64,000 nt of DNA from Candidatus Heimdallarchaeota archaeon. GTDB taxonomy: Archaea; Asgardarchaeota; Heimdallarchaeia; Heimdallarchaeales; Heimdallarchaeaceae. Positions 51,965-62,100 of the stretch are shown piece after piece. Location of the stretch: assembly GCA_019057815.1 (NCBI GenBank), contig JAHLWR010000016.1, positions 21,959-85,958 on the forward strand, written 5' to 3'. Numbering within the stretch: the first letter of the stretch is position 1; each line of letters opens with the position of its first letter. Made by a program: the position numbers and the translations under genes. The notes below the pieces were generated by a model. That model saw only the letters and a list, made by a program, of their open reading frames with translations. It was not told the DNA's origin and did no database searches.

Positions 51965-54883
51965 TTATTCTATTCTGAATAATGGATAATATTTTCTGTC
52001 TTTATTGTGATATTCATATAGTTTTACTGCTCTTGCTGTATTCAATTCGTATCCTATCATAAAGCTTAGAAAAATTGGCATTGCTCCATAAAAAAGTATT
52101 TTATCTGTTCCTTTTTCTTGAGAATAATCTCTTATCTTTGTAGCTATTGATTTTGCCATTTGATTTGCTTTTTCATCTGTAAATATAATGTCTCTACTTA
52201 TCCCTTCCTTTGGATGTATATGTATCCTTTTCCTATAATTAATATTATTTGTGTCTATATAATCTGATACAGCTTCTCTTATTGACTGAGCGACACTAAC
52301 TTCTATTGTTGTAATTGTTCCTTTCTCTTCATCACCTGGGATTATGTCTTCTTTTAACAACTCTGGAGCTTCAGCTAACTCTTGTAATGTTCTGTATATG
52401 TTTTCATTGTGTAATATCTCTAAGTTATATCCAGTTGTGCTTCTAAATATGAAACCAAATGCTAAAGTTAATATAATATGAACTTTTGGGTTGATTATTC
52501 TTAATTTTCTTATATTAGATATCTTAGAAAGACTGTCTCTTACTCTTTTTATGCACTCATAAACAAGTTCACTTTTCTCTTTAATTATCATCTTATCAAC
52601 TTCTTCAACTGCACTTGTTAAATCAAAGGCAAAATCTGTATCATTATTGATTTTTTGATGCTCTTTTGAAAATAACTGAATGTTAAAATACTTATCTTCA
52701 CCTTTTCTTTCATCTATTTCTGAGATCATCTGTTCAAAAATTCTTTGCATAGTGTCGATATTATGCTTTTTTTTACTATCTTCATCTTTTTCAAAAGTAG
52801 CAAAGGGTTTTATTAATGTATCAAACTTTTCAACACTCCAATTTTTCACTCTTTCTTTATTTATTTTATATAATATTGGAAAAATCTTGAATTGTTCTTC
52901 ATTTTCTATTAATAGTGCTTCTTTTAGAATGTTTTCCACTAGTGATGATTCTAAACTTTTTGGTGTAAGAAGTATAATTGCTCCATCACATTTTTTCATT
53001 TGTTCAATTAATAAGTCGCTATTTTCATATTCTACTAGTTCATATTCTAAACAAACATTTATACCCATAAACCTTAAAATCTCAGCTAAATTCGTCATTA
53101 TTTCTTTATCTTCGTAAATGAAGCAGCAAAAAATTGAAGGAGTTCCCATTTTCTCAATAACTTTACTTTCTTTCACTTTTTCAAGTTGAGTCTTACTTGT
53201 TTCTCTCATTATGATTTCAAATTGTTGAGATTTTATCCCTTCAGTAGGTATTAATTGAAATTCTGTAGTATTATTTGGTCTTGTTTTTGTAGATATTTTA
53301 GCGTAGTAAGTTATATTTGCTAAATTTTGTTCTCCTATGCTAGTAATTACTTTAAATAGCTTCTTTTCGTTTGGTTTTAAGATAAAATTGCTTGGTTCAA
53401 TATCTTTTATCGTAATTGCTTCTTTTGGTAATTCATTTTCAAAATTTTGATCTTGAGCAAGTTCCATTTGAAGGTGAGTGGATATTAACTCTCCTTCGCT
53501 ATCACCTATGTTTTGAATAGTCAAATGCCATTCGTGGTCAGTTTCTATTTGACCATCATTAGATATATCTACAATTAATAAATTTTTGCACTCTTCTTTA
53601 AGAATCATTGGTGTAAAACCTTTTTTTAGTTTTACTGAGACTTTTTTAGCAAAATTATATTTTCTTGATTCAACAACATCCCTTTGTACTATGTTAACAG
53701 CTAGTTCTATTTGTAAAGAGTCACTTTCAATAATAGAAGGATTAAGGGGTTTAAGAGTAAATAATCGTTCTAGGATATCTTGAGTAAAATAAAAATCACT
53801 AGAGAGATAATGTGGTTGATAAATTTTTTCTGGTTTTTCAAGTGAAGTAACATTATCTATCTGCAAAACTATTTTATTTATCTCTTCAGGTAATGGAATA
53901 AAACTTAATGAACATTGAATACTTTGATCTCTAAAGTCATCAATTGTAATAGTAACAAAATCAGCAATGCGATCAAGGAAATAATCAATATCAACTTCAA
54001 AAGGTAGTGACGAAGTGAGAAATTTAGTTACTACTTCATCTATTTCTTTTTCTAATTTACCGTTTCTTATACGAAGATCCATCTCTGTTTTGATATTTTT
54101 TGCTAAGACTTTTTCTATTTGACGACACATCATTTCTTGAAGGGTTTTGTTTTTCAACCAACTGGTAATATCCTTGTAAACTCCAACAGCTACATATTTG
54201 TCTTGGATAGTAGTGTAAAGTGCAAAATAATCAGCATTTTCAAAAATAAAAAATTCAGGAGCAGTATTGAACAGTTCAAGAGATACGTTCCGAATAGCTG
54301 AAAAAATACCTGCTATATTTGAATCATCTGCTGATAAATCTCCTTCCTCTTTCTTAACTCTAAAATCTGAATACTCTGGGAGTATACTAATAATAGGAAC
54401 TCCTTCGTGATATTCAAAAACAATAAACCATTGTAAACTTTTACCATAAGGAGTTTTAGGTTGTTTAAATGTTTTGGTATCCTTTACTGCTTCACTGAGC
54501 AAATCATCTGTACATTTCTTAGCTATCTGTTTAATGCGTTCATTAAGGAACATTTCAAATTGCGGGAAATGTTTATTTAATAATTGATTAAAATCAATCT
54601 CTCCTCTTCCAAAACTTTTGATATTTTCCTGGATAGTCTCTATTCTTTCATTAAGATTACTTTGCAATTCTTTAAGTTCTGGAATGATTTCTACTTGTTT
54701 TTCTGTTTGTTCTATGAAATTATTGAATTTTGCTATCTCTGAATTAAGACATTCATTTACTTCTTCAAGAGCAGTAATTTTGTCACGATTACGATAAACT
54801 TGACTAGATAATTGATTTAAAGCTTTAAGTATTTGATTTATAGTATAGTAAGCTTCTTTTATTTTGGGAAACCAAGAACTCAT
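51965..54883 (-). CDS. Multidomain TIR-SAVED effector with N-terminal coiled coil, longin-like and Ig-like domains
   Basis: TIR: IFCCF..ED...CDGAIILLTPKSLES; SAVED: ILFYGAMPIFLSFMIGYELN...LYEY...YYP; longin-like: WFIV..HEGVP...IAGIFSAI. Confidence 0.8.
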   Translation of the reverse strand: MSSWFPKIKEAYYTINQILKALNQLSSQVYRNRDKITALEEVNECLNSEIAKFNNFIEQTEKQVEIIPELKELQSNLNERIETIQENIKSFGRGEIDFNQLLNKHFPQFEMFLNERIKQIAKKCTDDLLSEAVKDTKTFKQPKTPYGKSLQWFIVFEYHEGVPIISILPEYSDFRVKKEEGDLSADDSNIAGIFSAIRNVSLELFNTAPEFFIFENADYFALYTTIQDKYVAVGVYKDITSWLKNKTLQEMMCRQIEKVLAKNIKTEMDLRIRNGKLEKEIDEVVTKFLTSSLPFEVDIDYFLDRIADFVTITIDDFRDQSIQCSLSFIPLPEEINKIVLQIDNVTSLEKPEKIYQPHYLSSDFYFTQDILERLFTLKPLNPSIIESDSLQIELAVNIVQRDVVESRKYNFAKKVSVKLKKGFTPMILKEECKNLLIVDISNDGQIETDHEWHLTIQNIGDSEGELISTHLQMELAQDQNFENELPKEAITIKDIEPSNFILKPNEKKLFKVITSIGEQNLANITYYAKISTKTRPNNTTEFQLIPTEGIKSQQFEIIMRETSKTQLEKVKESKVIEKMGTPSIFCCFIYEDKEIMTNLAEILRFMGINVCLEYELVEYENSDLLIEQMKKCDGAIILLTPKSLESSLVENILKEALLIENEEQFKIFPILYKINKERVKNWSVEKFDTLIKPFATFEKDEDSKKKHNIDTMQRIFEQMISEIDERKGEDKYFNIQLFSKEHQKINNDTDFAFDLTSAVEEVDKMIIKEKSELVYECIKRVRDSLSKISNIRKLRIINPKVHIILTLAFGFIFRSTTGYNLEILHNENIYRTLQELAEAPELLKEDIIPGDEEKGTITTIEVSVAQSIREAVSDYIDTNNINYRKRIHIHPKEGISRDIIFTDEKANQMAKSIATKIRDYSQEKGTDKILFYGAMPIFLSFMIGYELNTARAVKLYEYHNKDRKYYPLFRIE

Positions 54884-55326
54884 ATGATTTATGATTTCAC
54901 TTTAACATTTAAAAATATAGCTTTTTTTGTTGTATTTTTAAGAAAAAATAAATTCCTTTAGAAGAAGGACTGAAAACTATTTTGGATTAGTATATAAACT
55001 ACAATACATCAAGAAGGTTTGTGATCTTTTTTCCTTTAAGTATAAACATTACAAAACGAGAAAGAGGTTCTTTTCTTAAAAAGTGTTGATGTTACCTTGT
55101 TTATATAACAAAAAAGAGTAGATGTCCTACTAACTGATTGATACAACATATAGATTAGTGAATAGATAAAATAGTGAATAGATTTCTGATTATTTTGAGT
55201 GTCTTATATAGATTTTTGAAGCTAGAAAAATCAAAAAGGTACACTAGTATTATTTATATACAGTTTTTACTTAGTTACTATATCACATATGAAGTAGTTT
55301 TATTCATAACAAGTAAGGATCAAATA

Positions 55327-56538
55327 ATGGCTAGAATATTATTTATGACAGTTGGAACTGGTATTGGTGTAAACAAAGAGGAAAAGATCAAAAGTCTTGC
55401 TCATGGATTATTGGTCTGTATTGAACACCATCGTCCAGATAATGTAGTTTTTTTTGGTTCTGATCAAAGCATGGATACAATCGAATCTGTTAAAGAACAA
55501 TATTATGAGCGACATCAAGAAGAATTTACTGATTATGAATTTGTAGAAATAAAAAACGTTGATAACTTTGACGATTGTTTTTATATTTTGACTAAAAAAC
55601 TAGAAGAATATCAGCAAGAAGAAGTAATTATTGATTACACTTCTGGAACTAAAACTATGACTATAAGTGCTGCTATTGGTTCTATTCTTTATCATAGAAC
55701 ACTAAGTTCGATTTTGGGCAAGAGAGGAGAGAAAGGAATAGTTATCCCGAATACAGAAAAGATTACTGAACAGAACCTTTATTCATTCTATGATAAGCTG
55801 ATACTAAAAAAAGTTAAAGAGTTATTCAACAATTATAGGTTTGGCGCTGCTGAAAAAGTTCTTGAGGAAATAGTGATACAAGAAACAGAACAACAAGAGA
55901 ACTATAAAGCTTTGATTAAAGCTTATGATTTATGGGATAAATTCCGTCATCAAGAAGCTTTTACAGAATTAAAAAAAGTAACTAAAATATATGGAGAAAA
56001 TAAAGCTTTTCTAGGAAAATTACTTCAAACATCAGAAGAAAAAAGAGAGTTGTACTATATTGCAGATCTTCTAAACAACACAGAAAGAAGAATAGAGGAA
56101 GAAAAATATGACGATGCAACTGCAAGATCATACAGAGTAATAGAGCTAATTGCTCAATACAGATTAAGAGATAAGTATCAATTGATCTCAAGTGATATTA
56201 AGATTAAAAGACTAAAAGAATTAGGGTTAAAAAACCAAGATATAGAACAATATAAAAGTCCAGAGGGTGCTAATAAGAAAATAAGTTTACAGGATAACTA
56301 TAAACTTCTAAAAGCCCTGAAAGATGAACTGGGGGAGATGTCTATTAAGGATAAGGAAATGAAAAATCTCTTGCAAATAAGAAATAACTCAATATTAGCA
56401 CATGGATTACAACCAGTAGGAAAAGATGATGCAATCGATTTTTTTAATACAGCGAAACTCTATGCAGAGGAAGTAAGTACGGAAAAAGTAGATTTAGAAG
56501 AACTACGGAAAATAGCTCTCTTTCCAAAATTAGAATAA
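55327..56538 (+). CDS. csm6: CRISPR-associated CARF-HEPN ribonuclease, TIGR02710/Csm6-like (paralogue 2)
   Basis: MARILFMTVGTG aligns with the paralogue start; DYTSGTKTM; RNNSILAHG; start reassigned from 55174. Confidence 0.88.
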   Translation: MARILFMTVGTGIGVNKEEKIKSLAHGLLVCIEHHRPDNVVFFGSDQSMDTIESVKEQYYERHQEEFTDYEFVEIKNVDNFDDCFYILTKKLEEYQQEEVIIDYTSGTKTMTISAAIGSILYHRTLSSILGKRGEKGIVIPNTEKITEQNLYSFYDKLILKKVKELFNNYRFGAAEKVLEEIVIQETEQQENYKALIKAYDLWDKFRHQEAFTELKKVTKIYGENKAFLGKLLQTSEEKRELYYIADLLNNTERRIEEEKYDDATARSYRVIELIAQYRLRDKYQLISSDIKIKRLKELGLKNQDIEQYKSPEGANKKISLQDNYKLLKALKDELGEMSIKDKEMKNLLQIRNNSILAHGLQPVGKDDAIDFFNTAKLYAEEVSTEKVDLEELRKIALFPKLE

Positions 56539-56685
56539 TAAAATATCTATAAGATATAGCGTGTTATAACTGTGACTTTCCAGTTTTCCTTTTAGTTTTT
56601 TAGTGTTTTTGGTAGCTTAACTGGAAACCTTTTACGAAGAGGGATAGAGGGTTACATACTTCATCACTGTCTGACTTTCACGCTC

Positions 56686-57081
56686 CTATGTTGTTATGAA
56701 GGAACGAGATACAAAGTCTGTCCTCCACCCATTCAAGATACGGACCTGAGCAAGAACGAGTTTTCCCCAGTTGGTGAATCCTATCGCAGCATAGCGACTA
56801 TCCTTTGTTCGTGCTTCCCAGTCTTTTACCGTACCCATACGCTTATCGACTCTAAAAGTTCCTTTGATAATGCTTCGAACCCCAAGTGTCTTGAGGTATT
56901 GTTTAGGTGTTTGATAGTACTGTTCGATACACTTGTTTTGTAACGCATGTCCTACTTCTGTCACTCTCCCTTTCTTGTAGAGGAACTGTAGAATAAACTC
57001 GTCAGTACACCCTGGGTCATCGAATGGCTTGAAAGCGGAGTCTCTCCAATATTTTTGGTACAGTCGTCTTACCATGGGCAT
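56686..57081 (-). pseudogene. C-terminal fragment of an IS4/IS5-like DDE transposase
   Basis: Y...LGVRSIIKGTF..DKR resembles Y-x-R-x2-IE-x2-F-x3-K with the catalytic E lost; higher GC than the flanks. Confidence 0.55.
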
Positions 57082-57337
57082 GTGATTAACAATGAACTCA
57101 ACTAGTAAACCAATACCTATACAATAAATTTAAGGAGAGAATGTTAGATTGAATGAAAAACAAATTCAAAAAACAATGAAAATAAGAACCAAATAATCAG
57201 AGTAATATCCGAATAAATTGAATCTTGAATATATTTAAAAATAAAGTAAAATCGGGCTAAACCTTTTCATTGAAACTGAAATATGCACAGTTCAAAACAG
57301 AGTAATCATTGTCAAGTTTAAAAATTAAAAATATATA

Positions 57338-58135
57338 TTAAGCAATTTCGAATTTGCCAAAACCATAAGAAGTTTTGCTACCAATTTGATAGAATTTAGC
57401 AAGAGACAAAAGCTTACCAATTTCATCATTCATTTTTTTGAGTTTGTAAGTGATTTCGCCAAAAATACCTTCTAATTTTATAGGTTTACCTTTACGTCTA
57501 TGTTGATTCCAAGAGAACAAACGAAGATCATAATTTTCAACAGTAACAGGAATATTTCTCCAGCTGCGATCCCAATGAATAGGGTAGCAACTAAGAAGAT
57601 GGAATTTGTTAAAACGATTGACACTTCGAACCAATGAATCGAGAAGAAGGGAAAAATCAACAAAAAGACAAGGCTTACCAGAACGATAGAAAGAAGTAGG
57701 AGAAATAAGACGGATACGGAGAAAAGGAGAAGGGGAAAGAGGGGAGAAAAAATCATTACGAATTTGAACATGAGAAAGAGAAGCATCTTTACCTGCAATA
57801 TGGAGATGCTTTATGCCAGAAAGAACATGAACAAATTCAGAAACAAGGTCCTCAAAAGAATCTAAAAAGAGAAAATGGGCGAAAATGCCAGAAGAATTAT
57901 GAGTAGTATAGAAAAAATAAGGACGAAAAGGAATAAGAGAATCACAAAAAACAGAGTGAAGAGAAGGGGAATCAAATAAATGAGAACCGAACCAACCACG
58001 AAGAACAGGACCATAATAAGGTAAATGAGAGAAAGAAGGAAAATCAATGAAAAAAGAAACATGAATGACTGAATGAGAAAGAAGCGATGAAAGAGAAGGA
58101 GAAAAAAACGAAGAAGAGGAAGAAGAAGGAGACAT
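57338..58135 (-). CDS. cas6: CRISPR endoribonuclease Cas6
   Basis: G..LRG.FG, RPY, SPT, GIFGEITY, C-terminal Gly loop IGSKTSYGFG; start reassigned to ATG 58135. Confidence 0.9.
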   Translation of the reverse strand: MSPSSSSSSFFSPSLSSLLSHSVIHVSFFIDFPSFSHLPYYGPVLRGWFGSHLFDSPSLHSVFCDSLIPFRPYFFYTTHNSSGIFAHFLFLDSFEDLVSEFVHVLSGIKHLHIAGKDASLSHVQIRNDFFSPLSPSPFLRIRLISPTSFYRSGKPCLFVDFSLLLDSLVRSVNRFNKFHLLSCYPIHWDRSWRNIPVTVENYDLRLFSWNQHRRKGKPIKLEGIFGEITYKLKKMNDEIGKLLSLAKFYQIGSKTSYGFGKFEIA

Positions 58136-58189
58136 AAAATGGAAAAAGAAAAGAAATATATCAAGTTTTAGATAAGCAAAGAGAAGAAA

Positions 58190-58293
58190 AAAAGAAAAGG
58201 TTAATAAAGAAAAAAAAGAAGAAGAAAGAAGAAAAAAAAAAGATAAGAAAAAGAGAAATGGAAAAAACAAGGACTAGAAGGAATTTCGTTGCG
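58190..58293 (+). promoter_or_regulatory. Leader of CRISPR array 2 (divergent from cas6)
   Basis: AAAAGGTTAATAAA about 93 nt upstream; ACTAGAA-N11-GCG immediately before the first repeat. Confidence 0.7.
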
Positions 58294-58476
58294 GTTACAA
58301 ACTAGCTTCGTCAAAAGAGAAGGTGGTAACGAAAAGTTTCTTTCCTGAGGGGATTGCAAAGGGCATGTTACAAACTAGCTTCGTCAAAAGAGAAGGTGGT
58401 AACATCCTTTGATTATGTTGTTCAAGTTTGGCTAAGTATGTTACAAACTAGCTTCGTCAAAAGAGAAGGTGGTAAC
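58294..58476 (+). CRISPR. CRISPR mini-array 2: 3 repeats, 2 spacers, opposite orientation to arrays 1 and 3
   Basis: GTTACAAACTAGCTTCGTCAAAAGAGAAGGTGGTAAC at 58294, 58367, 58440; 36-nt spacers. Confidence 0.95.
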
Positions 58477-58549
58477 CAATACGATTGATCAAGGAATCAG
58501 AATTATATAACAAAAACGATTTTTATGTGCAAATTCTTAGGTTAAAGCT

Positions 58550-59045
58550 GTAATATTGCTACCAGCGTCTCATTTTCTTTTAGACTTTTGAAAGAATATT
58601 CTATCAGGATCTATCATGCAGGTTCTTCTTCACCCATTCCCCAAGAGAGATTCTAATCTTCTTTCTTGGGCTTGAAAGTAATCAAGTGTAAAAGCAAGAA
58701 GGAAATATCCTTCATTTGGGAGAAACCAAGGTTCTTTTACTGTTTCTTTATATATTCCTCGTTGTTTAGTTTTTAGTAGTTGAAGAAAGACTTGTAAGCT
58801 TGTTCTGTTTTTCGTGTTGCTTGTTGTGCAACTTGTGCTGGAAGTCTTTGATAATACTCATTTGTTTTAATTGTTGGGTATGCTTTGTTGTATGTGAAAA
58901 AAGTCCTTGTTGACTCCCATTCCTTTTTCATTAACCATAATGTGAGGTAATAAACATCTTTTGACCATCGTGTAAGTTGTTTGAGTATCCAGTACGTTTC
59001 TTTGTTTAATGATCTTAAATGGTTTTATTATACTAAAAATATCAT
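58550..59045 (-). pseudogene. tnpB: Degenerate N-terminal part of a tnpB
   Basis: Hand translation NHLRSLNKETYWILKQLTRWSKDVY...NEYYQRLPAQVAQQ...YKSFF with stops and frameshifts; upstream ttcctatttaaac matches the promoter region of tnpB 15182-16435. Confidence 0.8.
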
Positions 59046-59188
59046 TTCTTCATCTTTACTTTCCTATTTAAACCCCAGTAAGACAATCAACTGAATGTAT
59101 TAGTACTCGAAAAAGTTCATTATTGTACAAAAAAACAAAACCTATAGTAAATTTAATAAATTATATATAAATAATACTAAGATAAATC

Positions 59189-62100
59189 ATGTACAGTAAA
59201 TTAAAAGAACAAGAAGTGGCATTACTTAAGACATTGATACAAGACAATAGTGAGAATTTAGACTACAATATTATAAATATTCCACGATCTACTGAATTTT
59301 TCATTAATCTTGAAATTGAATCAGATAAATGGAATTTAACACACATTAGTATTGTCACTAGAGCAGACCATCATAGTGAAATTATATTATTGCTAGCTTT
59401 TAATTTAGATGCAAGACGTTTAGTGTTATGTCTCTTAGATGATAATTATGAGATTAATATATACACACAGACTGATGATTCACAAATAATTTACATGAAA
59501 AGTCCTAATTTACTTGATGGTATTGTTATCAGTGATATAGAAACCGTTATAGTAAGTATTTTGTTGGACTCTATGCAGAAAGAACAAAAGAAATTTAGAG
59601 AGTTTTTTACATACTTTCAAAAAAATAATAACCTTCCTCCCATACGTTTCAACTTACTTAAAGAACTACTCCTAAATAAAAGGAGAACATTATTCTTACT
59701 ACATAACGCTTCTTGTACTATAGAACAGCTAATAACTTCACATAGGAATGCAAAGGGAAATTTATTTAGCTTACATTCCTTAAATACTAAAAGTGTCAAA
59801 ACTGATTATAGCATCTCTAGTTATTTGTATAGTTTCAACTTTAGTAATCTCACTGTAGGTTTCTACTTTTCTTTATCTTCAATAGAAATAGGAAAATACA
59901 AATTTTGCTCTATAAAAATAAGTCCAGCAAAGAGAGGAAGTTCTACTCTCACTTATACTTGTGACTTAACAACTTTAACTAATGTTTTTCAAGAAAAATC
60001 AACAACTCTATTTGATTTAAGTGCAAATACTAATTATCCTAAAATAGACAATAAAGATGATAAAAAAGCAGTAGCCATAATTTGCGATTTTCCTAACCCC
60101 ATAATTGTCAAATCAATTCCAGAAAAAGAATTGAATGCTATTATTGATTCATTTTCTATTATTGCAATTTATGCAAAACTTTCCAACAGATTGAATTTAG
60201 CTAAACTAGAGAATTTGTTAGGATTGAAAATAGAAAAAACTAATATCCCTTTTTGTACTAAAATACGTTCAGCTGCAACAATCAGTAAACATATCCTTAG
60301 AAATTATTTAGTCCAAAAACTTAATCTAGATTTATATATAATTCAAAAAAACATTAAAAAATCACACAATTTCCTACAAAACTACAAACAGACTTACTTA
60401 GGTGGAAAAGTTGAGTGCTTTATTCACGGACTAGTCGAAACTACACTTGAACAAAAAATCTATTATTTAGATTTTACTGCTCTTTATCCTCATGCAGCTT
60501 GGATTTGTGAAGCACTATGGCTTTATCTTGTTTGTTCAAAGAATGAAATACAAAAATACATTAGAAAAGATATTAGCAATGTTATAAAACGTATTAAATT
60601 GAGTGTTAATGAAATTATTGAGAGTATAATAAAAAAGAAACCTTTACAAAAAAGAATCTTTCAAGGATTGGTAGGAAATTGCACTATTCACAGTGACATA
60701 CTCCTACAATTACCTAGAGACTTTAAGAATAAGAAAGTTGATTTGTTAGTTAAAGGACAAATATCAACTACACTCGTTGATCTCTCTCTAGCTATTGTAA
60801 GGGAAATTATAATTCATAAAAGACAAATAGATGAAATCTTTAGTCAAATTTCTTTTATAAAAGCAGAATATATCGATTTTCCTGTTTCATCTGAATATGG
60901 CAAAGAATTTTTTTCAATTCTCTGTTTATTTCGTAAAGATATCAAAGCAGAAATAAGAGAAATAAAAGAAAACCTCAAAAAAGGGAATAGCGCTAAAATT
61001 ACTATTTTAGAGTGTGAGCAATTATTTGTAAAAATTTTGATGAATGCTTGTTGTGGAATAAGTGGAGAAGGGATGTTAAATGAAAAATATACAGGAATTT
61101 TCTGTAATCCAATAGTGGCAAATGCAATATCAACCATTGGTCGCGCTTTTATTACTGTTGCTGAAATAACGGTTGATCACATTAACGCGTTAAAAATATA
61201 TACAGATACAGACAGTATCTTTGTTCGAGCTACAAAGACACAGCAAGAATATTTGTTATCTGTTTTTCAAGAAACTATTTTACTGAAAGACGAAATAGAA
61301 GAGAAATATAAGGATGGAGATTATATTACTCACATTTACATAGCAGGTAAGAAGAAATATGGCTACAAGACAAGTAAAGGTAGAATAGTATTCACTACTC
61401 ATAGTAAGGGGCAGTACTTGACAGAACCCTTCAAGAAAGCTCTTAAAGAATCCTATAAATACCTTTTTACGCCTACCTTCACAGAAGATACAACAGATAA
61501 AGCAGGTGAGATAGCATCACAATATCATAGTTATTTACAGAATGTTACTCTAAGCAGTCAGAAAAGCAGTATCTATACGGGTTTAAGAAAATTCAATAAA
61601 AGAACAATTACTTCTTATACTTGGCAATGGGAAGGAATAACCATCTATGTTAAATTTAATCTTCCGAATGGAAGTTACCTTGTAACTAATACTAGACAAA
61701 TCACAAAAGGATTAACTGGGGAATATTTGAATATTACAAAAGGAAAGAACAAATTGATCTTTTTCATTACCATATCAATAGATGTTGATAAACTAATTAG
61801 TGATTTTATAAAAAAATTTGATACAACAAATGAGGATATATTATTTAAGAAACAAAAAACCACCAACTCGTTACAAGGGTTTTATGGTTCTAATAATACT
61901 TATTATCTACAATATCTCTTGAATGATTATATCAGTTTTGAACGAAAAAAAATTGTTAAATATTACAAAAATTATTGGCTAGATGTTTATTATGACTGTA
62001 AGATAAATAATAAAGAACCTTTAGGAAAGAAAGAATTACTCTTATGGGAACAAATAACAAATTATAATAATTTAGAAGAAATAAAGAAACAAGCAGCTTT

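Noticed and set aside
57478-58270. F/L-rich ORFs overlapping cas6, and the 45-aa N-terminal extension of the cas6 ORF
   Set aside because: By-products of an A-poor strand lacking stop codons; the extension covers the array 2 leader
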